Below, one piece after another: positions 22,465 through 36,200 of a stretch of 64,000 nt of DNA (positions are counted from its first letter, which is position 1; the number at the start of each line of letters is the position of its first letter). The translations under genes were made by a program, and so were the position numbers. The DNA is from Antechinus flavipes (taxonomy: Eukaryota): contig NC_067398.1 of NCBI RefSeq assembly GCF_016432865.1, positions 117,490,001 through 117,554,000 on the forward strand, read 5' to 3'. Under the pieces are notes generated by a model, which did no database searches, was not told the origin of the DNA, and saw nothing but the letters and a program-made list of their open reading frames with translations.

Positions 22465-25448
22465 GTGAGTCTGTCGGACCCTGACCACGAGCCCCGGCCG
22501 GGTTCCCAGGGAGGATCCCCACGGTTTGGGTTGTCGCACCTGCTCTGCCCCGCACTTGCGTGACCTTGGGCTAGTGGCTTCCCATCTCCGATCCTCATTT
22601 CCCCGTCCCGTGTCTTTGTGGGGGTTGGTGGGGCTCCTCTGTCCATGAGCCTTCTCCCGGCCCCATTTATTCACCCCTGTTCTAGTGCTCTGAAGCCTCT
22701 CTCCCCTCGTCCTCAGGCTATGCTCGGATCGTCTTCGCCCTCGTTTCCTTCTACTTCATGCCCAGCTGCCCGTTCACTGCCTCCTCCTTCTACTTGCTTA
22801 GTGGGCTCTTGGACGCCTTCGACGGACATGCAGCCAGGGCCCTGAACCAAGGTGACCGAATGCCTAGCGTGCCTCTCTCCCTGCCCCCCTTCCCCGGCTT
22901 CCCTGCCTCCCCCCGCCCCCACTTCGCCCCTCCACGACCACCCTCCCCGGACTCAGGACTTGGGTCTTCGAAGGGCTCTGCTTTTGGATGCCACCATCTC
23001 TCCCCGGGACCGAACCAGAAGGAATAGCTTGGCCCCAGTGCTAGTGCCAAGGACTGAAGCAGGGAGGACTGAGCTAATTATTAGCTGTTGGGAAGAGCTC
23101 CCTGGTTGTTAGATTGCAAAACCCAGAATTAAGTGAACAAGAGAGGTTTGGAGCGTTTTCCCCTGGGGAATCTTCTATGGATTTGTCAAAGTTTGGGGTC
23201 ACAGACTGGTGTCACGAGGTATCTCAAAAGCATTTGCGGTCAAGGGGCAAAGTTTATTGACTTGAAATGTCATTACAAAAACGGGCTTGGAATTCCCAAA
23301 AGAAATTTGCAGCAAAACAGAAGCAGGGAGACTCGTTTGTCCAGTCTATATCGTAGATGTGCTAATTCTATGGCTCCTAGGTAGGAAGAAGTGGTTTCCA
23401 AAGTTTGGCTCTTGGTTGGCTAGATTGTTACTGGCATTGAGGAGTGGTCTGTTCACTGTTGTCTCATGAGTTTGATCTGTGGGGATGATCCTGAGGCCAG
23501 AAGCTATCTGACTTAAGGAGTGGTCAGAATCTGACAGATTGGGCGGGGGAGTTTCCTGAGACAGACTCCAAAGCCAGAAGATCTAGAATCACTGACTTAT
23601 TGCTAGAACAAAAGCTCCCCCTAAAATCAGGGGACCACAAAATCATACTACATCAAGTTCATCGATTAGTCAATAGCCATTGAGAGAGCTGTTCCTGAAG
23701 TCTGGAGGCTTGTAGATAGCTGTAGGTCAGTGTCTTTTTCGGGGTTTTGGATTATTTGATTTAGGTTGGGGAGATTTTATCCACATCTGGCTTTGTGATG
23801 TGTGATTCGGTTTATCCTGATTTTACCTCACAGTTTGGATTGGGTTCAGGGAATATTTGGGACATAGAATTGTAAGGATTTAGACTAAGAACAGTATTTC
23901 TAATCCAATGTGCTCGTTTGCATATGATAGAGACTCAGAATACATTGCAAAGGTCATACCTAGCTTGAAATCTAGTTTTAACTTCCCCATGATGGAATAT
24001 TCCCTACCCACCCCTTACACTTTTTAATCTTGACCCTCTTCTCTTAGATCAGTATTTCAGTTGATTGGCAGTTTCTGACTCGTAATCTTCTCTGGGCCCA
24101 GGAGAGAATGAACATCCTTAATTTTTCAGTTCCTGCATATCTGCGGGTTTGGAGCAATGTTGGTCATGCTGACTCTGGCCAGGGGTCCATTCACTCTCAC
24201 TATTTTCAAGCTAAACTTCTGGCTCTCTTATTTCTACTTTAATTTAGGAACTCGCTTTGGGGCAATGCTGGACATGCTGACTGATCGATGTTCCACCATG
24301 TGTTTGCTGGTAAACCTAGCTCTGCTCTACCCTTGGGCCACCCTGCTCTTCCAGCTCAGCATGAGTCTGGATGTTGCCAGCCATTGGCTGCACCTACACA
24401 GGTTACAACCACCACCCCATTGGGCTGAGAAATTATAGCCTTGGGTTTGGCCCATCATTGACTGAGTTACTTCAAGAGGGGTCCTAATGATCACCTTTCA
24501 ATGAGGGTGGAAAGAGGAAGTCCTAGAGATACTGGGGAATGGGCCTTTCTTCTTAGAGGCAAGAGAGAATCCATGGGTTAGTGGCTGATGATAACAAGAG
24601 AAATATGGGTGGGGGGAGTGGGGCAAGGTAGGAATTTGAGTGGAGAGGTAATACTTTATATTCTCATATCTTTCCTTCCAGCTCCGTGGTCCGTGGCAGT
24701 GAGAGCCACAAAACTATTGACCTAACAGGGAATCCCATCCTTCGACTCTACTATACGTCCCGGGTGAGTCCCAATACAGGTCTTACCCCTAGACTACACT
24801 TAGAGTGTCCAGATAGCTTGCCTCATTGCCAAGTATCCACTTCCTTTCTCTGAAGTCTTAACAGATTTTGGAATGAATATGAGTGAGCATATAAGTGTGT
24901 GTGTGTGTGTGTGTGTGTGAAAGAGAGAGACAGACACTGAAATTGTGAGCCCACTGTTCAAATTAGAACTATGTGTTTTACCTTCTTCTTGCAGCCAGTG
25001 CTATTCATCATGTGTGCTGGGAATGAATTTTTCTACTGTCTGCTTTACTTGCTCTATTTCTCCGAGGGACCATTAGGTATGACCCACGGGGGCCAGGAGG
25101 CAGATCCGAGGACAAGATGTGGGGAGTGGGAGCCAGAGGGAGGTTTGGGCATGTCGGGGTGGCAGGTGGAGATTGGAAGGATAACTGATTTGACTAGATA
25201 CTGATACTGAGCTTCTTAAGTGAATTCACCTGCATTCATTTTCTCCTCTTCTTTGTTTCTTTTCCCTCTCTGTATTGGACTTTGTTTTCTCCCTTTTTGC
25301 AGTGGGTTCAGTGGGTCTGTTCCGACTGGGACTCTGGATCTCCGCTCCTATTGCTTTTCTCAAGTCCCTCATCAGTGTCATCCACTTGGTCACTGCTGCA
25401 CGCAACATGGCTGCCCTGGATGCTGCTGACCGTGCCAAGAAGGAATAA
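22422..25448 (+). CDS. CDIPT: CDIPT CDP-diacylglycerol--inositol 3-phosphatidyltransferase (PI synthase), 213 aa
   Basis: Exons 22422-22464, 22717-22851, 24248-24401, 24682-24763, 24995-25076, 25303-25448 = 642 nt; CDP-alcohol phosphotransferase motif DAFDGHAARALNQGTRFGAMLDMLTD. Confidence 0.98.
22717..22851 (+). CDS. CDIPT: CDIPT exon 2
   Basis: YARIVFALVSFYFMP...DAFDGHAARALNQ. Confidence 0.97.
24248..24401 (+). CDS. CDIPT: CDIPT exon 3
   Basis: TRFGAMLDMLTDRCSTM...SHWLHLH. Confidence 0.97.
24682..24763 (+). CDS. CDIPT: CDIPT exon 4
   Basis: SVVRGSESHKTIDLTGNPILRLYYTSR. Confidence 0.97.
24893..24918. repeat. (TG)n microsatellite
   Basis: direct observation. Confidence 0.9.
24995..25076 (+). 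CDS. CDIPT: CDIPT exon 5
   Basis: PVLFIMCAGNEFFYCLLYLLYFSEGPL. Confidence 0.97.
25303..25448 (+). CDS. CDIPT: CDIPT exon 6
   Basis: GSVGLFRLGLWISAPIAFLKS...AADRAKKE-TAA. Confidence 0.97.
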
Positions 25449-27185
25449 CCCTGATGTCTTCTCTGCTTCCAGCAAACTTCCAGCCCCGTTCCTCTCGCTG
25501 CCCTGCCCCCTGCCCCCACGGTGCTGTTATGCCCTCCCCCCATGAGGTCAGCCTTTTATGTAGCACAAGGCGAGTCCTCCACAGTGCTGTCACCTCCCCC
25601 CACGCCCCCCAGTGCTGTCAGAACTTCTTAAAGGATGTCACTGTTCTTTGTCCCCACTCCCATGTGGTACCACTTCCCGAGATGAGGGTAGCAGCTAGAC
25701 ATCAGATGAGGGCTCTCTTCCTGGGGACAATGGTGGAAGTCCCAGCCACGAAGGTGAGGCCCTCGGCTCTATGACCTGGGGGTGGCCGTGCTCCTTGGGA
25801 GAGACAGGGGTGTCCTAGCACGGAGCCAGGCCAGAGGGCTGTTGGTGGCAGCCCCAGGAGACTCTGGGACCCATGCAAGCTGGCATGGTGCTGCTATTTG
25901 AGGAAGATGGCGTGGGGGCTGGCTCTCCACTAGGAGCCAAACTCCCCTCCTGGCCTGGACGGTCCGGGATTGGAGGAGTCTTTGCCCTGGGAACTTTACC
26001 CAGGAGGGAAGGAGGCTGTCTGGATCCTTCCCTGTTGTACTGTGTCTCATGATGTGTAATCTGGCCCTAAGGCCTTGATGATAAAGGAGGAAACTTCACA
26101 ATCAGAGCCCAGGTTCCTGTCTTCACTCCCTGGACTTTGCTTATGGTGGGGATAGGATGAGCACTACCTCTTCCTCTGGAACTTCCTTTCACTGAAGCAG
26201 TGAAATGGCCTGTATCACCTCCCCCCCGTAAAAGGCTCTCTCCCTTCTGCTAGCAGAAGACCTAAGACCCATCTACTCTGTGAAGTCTGTTAGATAGACT
26301 TCTAATTTCTAATAGAAATTAGAAACTTCTAATAGATTTCCTCCCAATCCCCTGGGATCCTCTTTCACTCTAGCAATTATTGCCCATGTTTCTAGGTACT
26401 TTTAATAATCCTCTTTTGTTCACTATCCATCTTTTGGCCTTATCTTTCCCATGGGACTTTGAACTCCTTGGGGGAAGGTGAGGAGAAGTGTGCCCATGGG
26501 TGAGTTACTTATCCCTGATTATTTCCCCATCACCCCATCAGGAAAATGTCAGTAATTATACTTCTTAGGTGAAGGGAGGCAGGAAGGGTGGGGTAGGGTG
26601 GGGCCAGGCAGGGTGTGCAATTGGCTTGAGTGTTTGCAGCTGTGGAACCATATTGACTGCAGGTCTGTGAGGAGATTAAAATGGTCCTACCTACAGTAAG
26701 ACTGAGGTAGAGCTCTGAGGCAATGACCTTTTTTGAAAAGAGTCCTAGTGAAGTAGACTTTCAGATTTTCCTCTTACTCTGAGACGCCTTCTTCCAGGCT
26801 CCTAGTTTTATGGGGCTAGGTGTCCAGACATTCGAGAACAGCTATACTAGATGCAAAATATGTCAGGGGGTCACAAGTTGGGTGAAACAAGGAATCTCTT
26901 CACCCAAGATGGACAGGCTTCTCCTTAGGCTGAGCAGGAGGAAAGAAGCTATCACAGTCAGTAACCTGTGTCATAAGATGGTCACTTGTTCCTGTTGGAC
27001 AAAAAATTGGTCTGAAGTATAAGTATTTTAGGGGACTTTTATGCAGTTGAGTCCCCTCCACCATGGTGGGCTTCATCACCACCTCAAGGCAAAACAAGAG
27101 TGGAGAAGAACCTTTAGTGAACTTCCTGTAGTTAAGCAAGTGAACTTAAGAATCTTTAACTCACAGCTCTGGGGCCTTATAAAAC

Positions 27186-27325
27186 TTTTTTTTTTTTTTT
27201 TTTTTTTTTAGCTGAGAAGTTAGGGTCACACAACTAGGAAATGTTAAGTGTCTGAGGTCAAATTTGAACTCGGATCCTCCTGACTAAAGGGCTGCTGCCC
27301 CATCTATCGTGCCACCTAGCTGCCC
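27186..27325 (-). mobile_element. WSINE1/SINE1-like SINE
   Basis: poly-T then reverse complement of SINE ending ...gtgccacctagctgccc. Confidence 0.82.
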
Positions 27326-29203
27326 TCATAATAGAACTTTGATAGGATACTCTCCAAATGATTACTACTGATTGAAAGAGTAATGGTCCAAATTATTCCT
27401 CATCCCCATAACATATAACAGGGTAAGATTTAAGGTCATAGTTGGATATAAGAGTCTTGTACTAAATTAGCTGCAGCCAGAGAAAGAGAAAATGCAAAGT
27501 TGGGAGTTTTGGGGGTAGATGTGAAATAACTTGTGTACATACAAGGGGAAAAATGTTGGTTCAAATCTCGCCTCATTACTTTTGGGAAGAATCATTTTAC
27601 TTTTCCGAAGGGCTGGACTACATGGCCTCCATAGTCCATTCCAGCTCTAAATCAGTTTTTTGAATTTCCTCTGCCACCTATTACATGTCTGACCTTCAGC
27701 TTCCCTGAGCCTGTTTGTCCACCGGTCAAATGAGAGCTTTGAGCTAGATGTCCAGCCCTGCCAGCTCCTTTCTTAAATCATGCTAGCCTCCTTCCTACCA
27801 AAAGTTGGGCTTAAAATCCAGACAAGTGGGCTAAAGCTATGATTGTCTCACCAGCTGGGAGAAAAATGCTGTGAAAATGGGGGAGAGATGGGGAGGTTTC
27901 TAATGGAGAATTCTTCAAGGAAGATGAACCAGTGGCTTCTGATCAGAGCAAAAGGAAATGCAATGGATTGTCTTAAAGAACCAAAAGATTTATAAAGAAG
28001 TGCCACCTGTGTGCCAGGCTGTAGAGAAGATTCTGAGACCTAGTAACAGGTAAATGACTCAAAGAATCTGGCCAGAGTAGACGGTATTGTTTCTATCCTA
28101 TGTAACAGTCGAGTAAGGACTGCTTTTGGCTAGAGGCCCAAGCAAGTCAGGGCCAACCTGACAACCCAGAAGGCAATCAGAAGCATGTGTGACATAGTGC
28201 TCTTTTCACCATCAGAGCTAGGAGCCTTGGGGATCACAAAGAGATCCAGAATCATAAAATTTTAGAGGATTGGTTAGGATTAAAATCATAATCCATCCAG
28301 ACTAGCCTTTCATGTTTTACCCCCTAAGCCAATGTTTCTCTAGAGAAGGATAGATTTTAAATTTAAATTTAAAAAACACAAATTACATCAATAAAAAGCA
28401 ATTGGGGGAGGCCTTCAATTTGAAGAAAATAAAAACTATACCAGAAAGGCTGGTTTAGCACTGTTGTTTTGACCTGTGAAGCCTTTTCCTATGCATTAGA
28501 AATATAAAGTCCTACTCACTACTAAAAATAGCCACTTTAAACAAGTGAGAAAAGAATTGTGGGATTTAAGTTTGCAAAGCTTATTAATTGTACAAAGAAT
28601 ATAGAGGAATAGACATAATCTCTTCCAGGCTCTTAGCTCATATTCTGGTTCTTTGGCAAAAAGGAAAAAAAAAAAAAAGGCAGGGCCCCTCCCTCAGGGC
28701 TATATCCAGTATCCACCTAGCACCAGACCTCAGTAATTTTTTAGAAATGCAAAATCAAAGCATACTGGGGGGAGAAAGGGAAATACTCAAATTAGGTAGT
28801 CTTCTGCTTTCAATTGGTGGCCTTTTGAGTACTGTATATAGAGCCATCCTTTGTAGCTTTCACTCTGCCTTAGGTGAATAGGGGAAACCCAATATATTAG
28901 GAAAAGGAGCCAGGCTTTTTGGTCCATGCTTACCTGGGTCAATTCTCTTTTATACAGAAGGAAACCAGTTCAATACCGATTCTAGTGCTTATTGCTGTTT
29001 TGTTGCTTCTTTGACACCACAGATGGAGAAAAGCAAACTAGATCTACCTTTAACCAGATGATTAAAGGAGAAAACATGAGGGATTCCTATGGTCCTTTCC
29101 TGAATCACAGACATCTTGTCCTCCCCTCTCTGGTCCCCTTTACTCCCAATCCCCAGGAATGAGGCACTGAATGAAAGCAGAGAAACATAACTGAAAAAAG
29201 GGG

Positions 29204-29214
29204 TTTATTTTATT
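29204..29214 (-). terminator. MVP polyadenylation signals (two overlapping AATAAA)
   Basis: tttattttatt on plus, ~110 nt after MVP stop. Confidence 0.8.
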
Positions 29215-29323
29215 TTCATTGAAAAACTAAGGCAGAGAAAGCCCTTGGGGCAGAAACTAAGGCACAGAAAGTTCCCAGGGAGGACAATGGTATAATTTTC
29301 CAATGGAGCTGGGGGAGAAGTCC

Positions 29324-29473
29324 CTACATCTCAGTGTCCTTCTTTTTTAGCTCAGTAGGATGCCCAGGTGCCCCAAGCCCCAGAAGCCCAGTGGCTGTGC
29401 TGAAGAGATTGATGGGAGTGGAGCCATCTGTAATAAGGGTTGATTTCAGACCAAGACCTTGGAGCAGTTTCAC
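29324..29473 (-). CDS. MVP: MVP last coding exon
   Basis: [52 protein letters not shown]. Confidence 0.96.
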   Translation of the reverse strand: MKLLQGLGLKSTLITDGSTPINLFSTATGLLGLGAPGHPTELKKKDTEM

Positions 29474-32400
29474 CTGTGATGAGAAGGAAACAAAAATTAC
29501 AGGATGATAAAATATTAAGAACTAGAAGGAACCTTGGAAAATAATTCCTTTATATAGATTTTTTAAAAAAGTTTTTCAAACTGTTTATCTCACTACCTCC
29601 CTTCAGAAACAGTTTCTGGGGCTAAGTTAATTAACTAGCCTAGTGTCACATAGCAGGGACTTTGTATAAAGGTGTTCTGATTTTCTATTACATAACAGGT
29701 AACATTGAAACTGAAAAGGGACCTTGGGCCTTTCTCTAGTAGTAGTCTGAAGTCAACCCTTCCAGTCAGCTCAATTTTTCCCCTTCCCACCCAAAGACAC
29801 ACAGCCTCTAGCCCTCAGGAAGAACAGGGTCTCCCTTTTTGCTACCTGAACTGGGGCAGTCTCCTCCCTCATTTCTCCTGGCTGGCTTACCTGCAGCTCG
29901 GGCCCAGCCAGTGCCAGGTCCCGGATAGTGTTGGACCCGAGAGCCTCTGTCATCTCCTTGAACTTTTTAACCTCCACTGCAGCCAGTTTCTCTGCTTTGT
30001 GAAGTTCCAGCTCCATCTGGGCCTTGGTATAGGCGAGCTCCTGTTCCCTGGCTTTCTGTACCCGAAGTAACTCTGCTTCCTGAAAGAAGGAAAGCACTCA
30101 GCTCAGGCTCTGAGGGATCACCCAGGGGACCCCCAGGGGACCTTGGGGCTGGCACTGCCCAGGCCTTGGGATGCATAAGAACATGCGAAGCAGTGCGAAA
30201 TGGTCCAGTGCAAATACATCTGCCCCAGGAATACAGAACAGAAGACTGGTCTCCAAGTGGAGTGGGGGGAGGGGGAATGTCCAGAAGGGTTTTATGCAGA
30301 AGATACCAATTTTGTGGAGCCCTGAAAGATAAGGAGGGAGAGCCATTCTGCACCAAGCAGGGACCAAGGCACGGAAAATTTGAAGGATACAGTGTGAAAG
30401 ATGCTGCGTTTCCTCCTCCTCCTTTCAGGTTCCCTTCTCTTCTGCTTTGGCTCAAACTGGGGAACCTTTTCTTTAGGACACTTTTTAAAGGTGCTTCCCA
30501 CTTACCGTTTCTATGGCTAAGGCCTCCGCTTTCAATTTGGCCTGAAGCACGGCTCCTTCTCCCTCAATCCGGGCAGCCTCTGCCCGGGATTCTGCCTCCG
30601 CCTTAGCAGCCCCCGTCCTTTCTACAGCAGTGCTTGGGGAGGAAAAGTTGGATGAGATCCATGGAAAGAAACAACTTTCTATCCCTTACCTGACACTTTC
30701 TCCTTCTACTGATTAGCTGCTTCTTTCAATAATTAATTCATCATTTATTAATAAGTGCTGGGTGAGGCAACACAAAGAAGTAAGCAAGAATAGTAGCTTA
30801 GAGCTCAATAAACTCAAAGACCCCTGCTACTGAGATGAGAGCTTACTATCTGACAAAAATTGTTGGGGAAACTGGATAACATTTTCAGGATTTCACATGG
30901 ATAATTGCTATCATACTGCTTGCCTGCTCAATGAGTAGGGGGAGAGAATTCAGAACTCAACATTAAAAAAAAGAAGAATGATAAAAACATATATTTTAAA
31001 AGAACATTAAAAATGATAAAAACAAATATGTATTTTAAAAGAACTCAACATTAAAAAATGATAAAAACAAATATATATTTTAAAAGAGCCAAAAAAAGGA
31101 ATGATAAAAAAATATATATTTTAAAAGAACCACCAAATAGATATTTTAAAAGAAACCCCAATAAACAACAAAAACTGAAAAGCAGATCGGAAGAAATTGG
31201 GTTTAGATTAATATCTCACGCCCTAAAACCAAGATAAATTCCAAATAGATGACTGGTCCAGATAAAAGGTCCCATTATAAACAAATTAGAGGGATAAGAG
31301 AGATATTACTTTTCAGATCTATGGATAGGGGAAGAGTTTGTTACCAGGTAAGGGAACAGAAAGGGTGACAGAAGATAAAACTGACAATTTTAAGTACATG
31401 AAATCAAGTTGGTTTTTTTTTTTTTTTAAACAAATCCAACATAGCTTAGATGAAAAGAAAACAGCTAACTGGAAGAAAAATTTTGCAGCAAGTTTCTTTG
31501 AAAAAGGTCTTATTTCCAAGACATAAGCCACTGATTTAAATTTATATGAATAAAAGTTATTTTTCAATTAATAAAAGATAAAAGGATCTGAATAAGTAAG
31601 TAGTCCTCAAGGGAAGAACCTAAGCTCTTTATAGCCATGTGAAAAGAATGCTCCAAATCACTAATAATTAAAGAAATACAAATTAAAGCAACTCAGATTG
31701 ACAAAGCTGACCAAAAAAAAAAGTAAAAACACCAACATTAGAGGAGCTGTGGGAAAACAGGCCCATAGATATCCTATTAGTAGAGCTGTGAATTGGTACA
31801 TCACATTCAGGAAATCAATTGGGGAGGGTGGAGCCAAGAACATCAGAATTGCAGGAAGAAGTACAGCAAGCTTTCTGCTCCATCTCTTCCAAAAAGATTT
31901 AGAAAAAGCAACTGAGCAAATGTGATAGTAAAATCCAAGGGGAAAAAAAAAAATCACAGTGAATAATTTTTCCAGTCTAGGTCAGGATGCAAAGACAAAA
32001 AAGGTCTATGGACATTGAGGAAGAGATATGATCAGGATGATGTCATGTGGAGCACTGCAGGACAGGGAGAAGACATGCACCTGGTACTGCAGGGTTTGGG
32101 AACAGGTGCCAACTTGGAAGCTCTGTTACTACCCAATTCCAGATTGTAGATCCAGGTCAGACTGAGGAGTTATCTGGACCTAGGGAGAGTGTTCTGGAGC
32201 AAGCAAGCAGTAGTGGAAGGCCCTAGACCGTGTGCCAGACAAATTTATAAGTAGCACCTGGGTGGTTCAGATCCCAGAAACAAAGGAAGGTCTCAATTCC
32301 AGCATCCATACCAGCCTGAAGCTTGCAGAACAACCAGGGTAGAAAGCCCAGACCAAAGTGTAGTCTGTAGTTCTGTCACTCTGAACCAGCAGAGCTTCCT

Positions 32401-33179
32401 CTTGACTGATAGGGGCTGAGTCCAGCCTCAGTCCATTGTTGCTCAGACTTAATTTGCAGAACTTGGACTAGGATGAGCCAGTGATCAGCCATGGAAATAT
32501 TGAAAGCTTACTTTATCCAGTAGTGGATAAAGTTCCCTTAACATCAAATTGGAAGGGAAGTGGCTGGAAGAATGAGTAAACACATCAACAAAAAAAGAAA
32601 TCTAACCATGAAAAGCTATTATGGTGACACAGCCATTCCAGAAAAAAAAGGATTTCTCCTAAGAATCTATAAGCAAAGCTTCAAAGAAAAAGACAATTTG
32701 GGCACAAATTCAATTAGCACTTCCAAAGAAATTTTAAAAAATTTTCAAAATTATTTTTAAAAAATGAAATGAGAACCTTAAAGGAAAAATTTGGAAAAGA
32801 AATGAGAACTGTGGGGAAAAAAATTGAAAAGGGAATCGGTCTAAGAGGTATAAAAATCTTGTCTGAGCAACAAAATCCTTGAAAATTAAAATGGACCAAA
32901 TAGAATCCAATGACTCTATAAGGCAACCAGAAATAATAAAACAAAATCAAAAGACTGAAAAGAAAAAAAAAAGTAATCTCATTGCAAAAACAACTGAGCT
33001 AGAAAAGATCGACAAGAAAAAAAATTTAAGATATCATGATCAAAAAAAGCACCTACTAGACATCCTATTTCAATAGGATCTTAGGTCTTGATCAATAAGT
33101 CTTGAAAGAAAACTGCCTTAGCACCATAAAATGGAAACTAAGAGGATTCATTGATCATCTTCCATAAGAGGTCTCAAAA

Positions 33180-33218
<39 letters not shown>

Positions 33219-36200
33219 ATAAGTGTATGTGTGTATAGGCTTAAAGCCAAGAACAACTTACCACTAAAACTCAGTATAATCAAAGGAGGAAAATAGATTT
33301 TGAATCAGCCTGATTGTGGTATAAAAGCTTTAAAAAGCAAAAACAGGAATTAAAAGAAACATAAAAAGTTAAAATATTAATGGACAATCATAAGGGACTA
33401 AACAAAAATTAACTCCTTCCCTAACTCAGGAAGATGATCACAAAGAGAATCTGATTAGGAAGAAGGATTGGGAGTAGCTCTGTTATTTCTTGATGATCTT
33501 AAAAGAACAGAAGAATACACAGTGGAGTGAGAAAGAGGGAAAGGAAAGTTAGGGAAAGTTCTTCTAGAGGGTGGGGATAAACTAATCTTCACTCTTATCT
33601 AAATTGGTCAAGGGAAGAATACACACAACAAACACACAGTATATTTCACTCAATAGGAAACAGGAGAGACAAGGGAGGAAGATGCAGCAATAAAAGTGAG
33701 TAGGTTAAGAGACAGAGTAGTCCTAAGCAAAACTAGGGATCTATAAAAAACATATATATATATACACATAATTGTAAATATTTCATATAATTCTTTTTTT
33801 TATTTTACTGAAGAAACAGAAATTGAATGTATGTTCATCAACTAATGAATGGAGAAACAAATTATGGTATATAAATGAAATGGAATACTATTGTGCTGTA
33901 AGAATGAAGGAAATACTTTCAGGGAAGCCTGGTAAAATTGTGTATGAACTGATACAGTGAACAGAAATAGAACAATTTATATAATGATGACAATATGATA
34001 AAGACAAATCTTTTTGAAAGTCTTAAGAACTCTGATCAGTGTAATGACCAAACAATTCCACACAATTCATGATGAAACATGTTACTCCTTTCCTAATAGG
34101 CAAATAAAAGACCTAAAGTGTGAGAGGAGACAGGTAGGTGTATGCGTGTGCGCGTGCGTGTGTGTGTGAATATAGTATATGTAAGTGTATACAAATGAAA
34201 TTTCCCTTTGGATATGAGCAATGCAGAAATAGGTCTTGTTTGGTTACTCATGTTTGTAATAAGGGTTTTGTTTTTCTTTTGTTTCCATTTGGAGGGGAAG
34301 GAGAGAAGAATTTAAAAACTAACTTTTAAAAAAAGGGAAGTACTTTTGGAATTATGTCTCCAAAACTACAAAATTCTATATGCCCTTTGACCCAGACACC
34401 TCCCAATAACCAAAGTAAACAAAAAAAAAAAAAAAAAGGAAAAAGATCTATATGTATGTACTAAATATTTTTAGCAGTTCTTCATATAGTGGCAAGATCT
34501 GGAAACTAAGGGGAGGCCTGATATTTGGGCAATGGCTAAACAAATCATGGAATATGAATGTAACATATTACTATTGTACTATTGTACAGTAACAAATGAA
34601 GAGAGTTTTCGAGGAGCTTGGAAAGATTTATATGAACTGATGTGGAGTGAAGTAAGCAGAACCAGGAGAACAATTTGCACAATAGCATCAACATCATCAA
34701 AACAAATACATATGAAAGCTTTAAGAACTTTTGATTCCAAAGGACTCATAGTGAAATCACTCACTCATGATGGACTAAGACAAAATGAGATACACATTTT
34801 GGATAGTCAATGTGCAAATTTGTTTTACTTGACTATGCTTATATGTTATAAGAGTTTTGTATTTTTTTTTTCCTACTCTGGGGAAGAAGAGAAAATAAAT
34901 TCTTGATTTTTTTTTTTTTAAGTTTCAAATGATGGGAATATTAACAGGTAATACACAAAGATCCTGTTCTGGAGGAATACATAATCCCACATTGGGGAAT
35001 ATCACATGCAAACTGGTATATGATACAAAGCAGAATACTATAGGGAAAAAGGAGAGCTCCAAAGTAATCCAGAATTTGAGACAAGAGTGACCACTTTTAG
35101 CCAGAATCAGAAAAGATTTTAAAATTAGGGATTAACAGATTGAAATCTAATTAATAGACTGATCTGTTAAAATACATAGAAGCAAATGTGCACAAGAGGT
35201 CATTGAATAGTCCAGTTTGGCCAGAGCATCTAAGAAAAGAATTAAGAAAGAAGAATGGAAAAGTAGGTTGGAACCAGACCCATGGAGGACCTTAGATAGC
35301 AGGTCGAGGAAGTTTCTATTTTACCCTAGAGGTAATGGAAAGCCATGAGGGTTTCTATAATCAAAGAGCCGAGTTGATAGCCCTGTGCATTATAAAGATG
35401 CCTTTGGCAGCCACATGGATAGATCGAGATGGGGTGAGTCTGGAGGCAAGAAACCAGTTAAGAGGCTATAATAATCCAGACAAAAGCTTAACAAATCAGA
35501 ATAGTGATAGGATAAGTGGAGATGTAAGGAAGAATGCAAGAAATGCTTGGAGAACTGAAGAGACTTGACAATGAATTGGATATAGTGGCAAATGGGGAAG
35601 AAGGTGAGCCTTTAAAGAAGGAAGAAAAAAGACTGGAAACCTCATAACATCTCCAGTTCTTTCTTCATTAATCATTTCTGCAACTGTTGCAGAGAATCAG
35701 CATTCCTTTTATTCTTCCTTTCTTGTGTGAAGGCAAAGTTGAACAGAGAAAGACACTGAAGGATCATGGTGTCAATGGCAGGAGAGACAGATTGAGGAAA
35801 ATCTGATGAGTTCCATTTGGAAGATGAGTCTGAGGAAGTGGGAGGACATTTGGGGAAGAAATGTCAAGCGGGCAGCTTGGAAGTGGAACTCAGAAGAAAG
35901 CTGTGCTAGATCTACAGAAACAGGAATAATTCATAAGTTAAAGAATAGTGGAAAAAACTAATATCTCAATGTAGTGGAATATTAAGGTGCTTTAAAAAAT
36001 TATGACACAAAAAACTATGGAAAGACCAATGAAGTGATGCAAAATAATAATAATAGGTTCAAAATTACATACACATTAATAATGGTGTACCAAATATGAA
36101 TGTTATGGAATATTACTGTTCTATAAGAAATGACCAGCAGGATGAATACAGAGAGGCTCGGAGAGACTTACATAAACTGATGCTAAGTGAAATGAGCAGA

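Noticed and set aside
32560-33076. Lys-rich ORFs of 65-78 aa
   Set aside because: Fragments of decayed L1 ORF1, not host genes.
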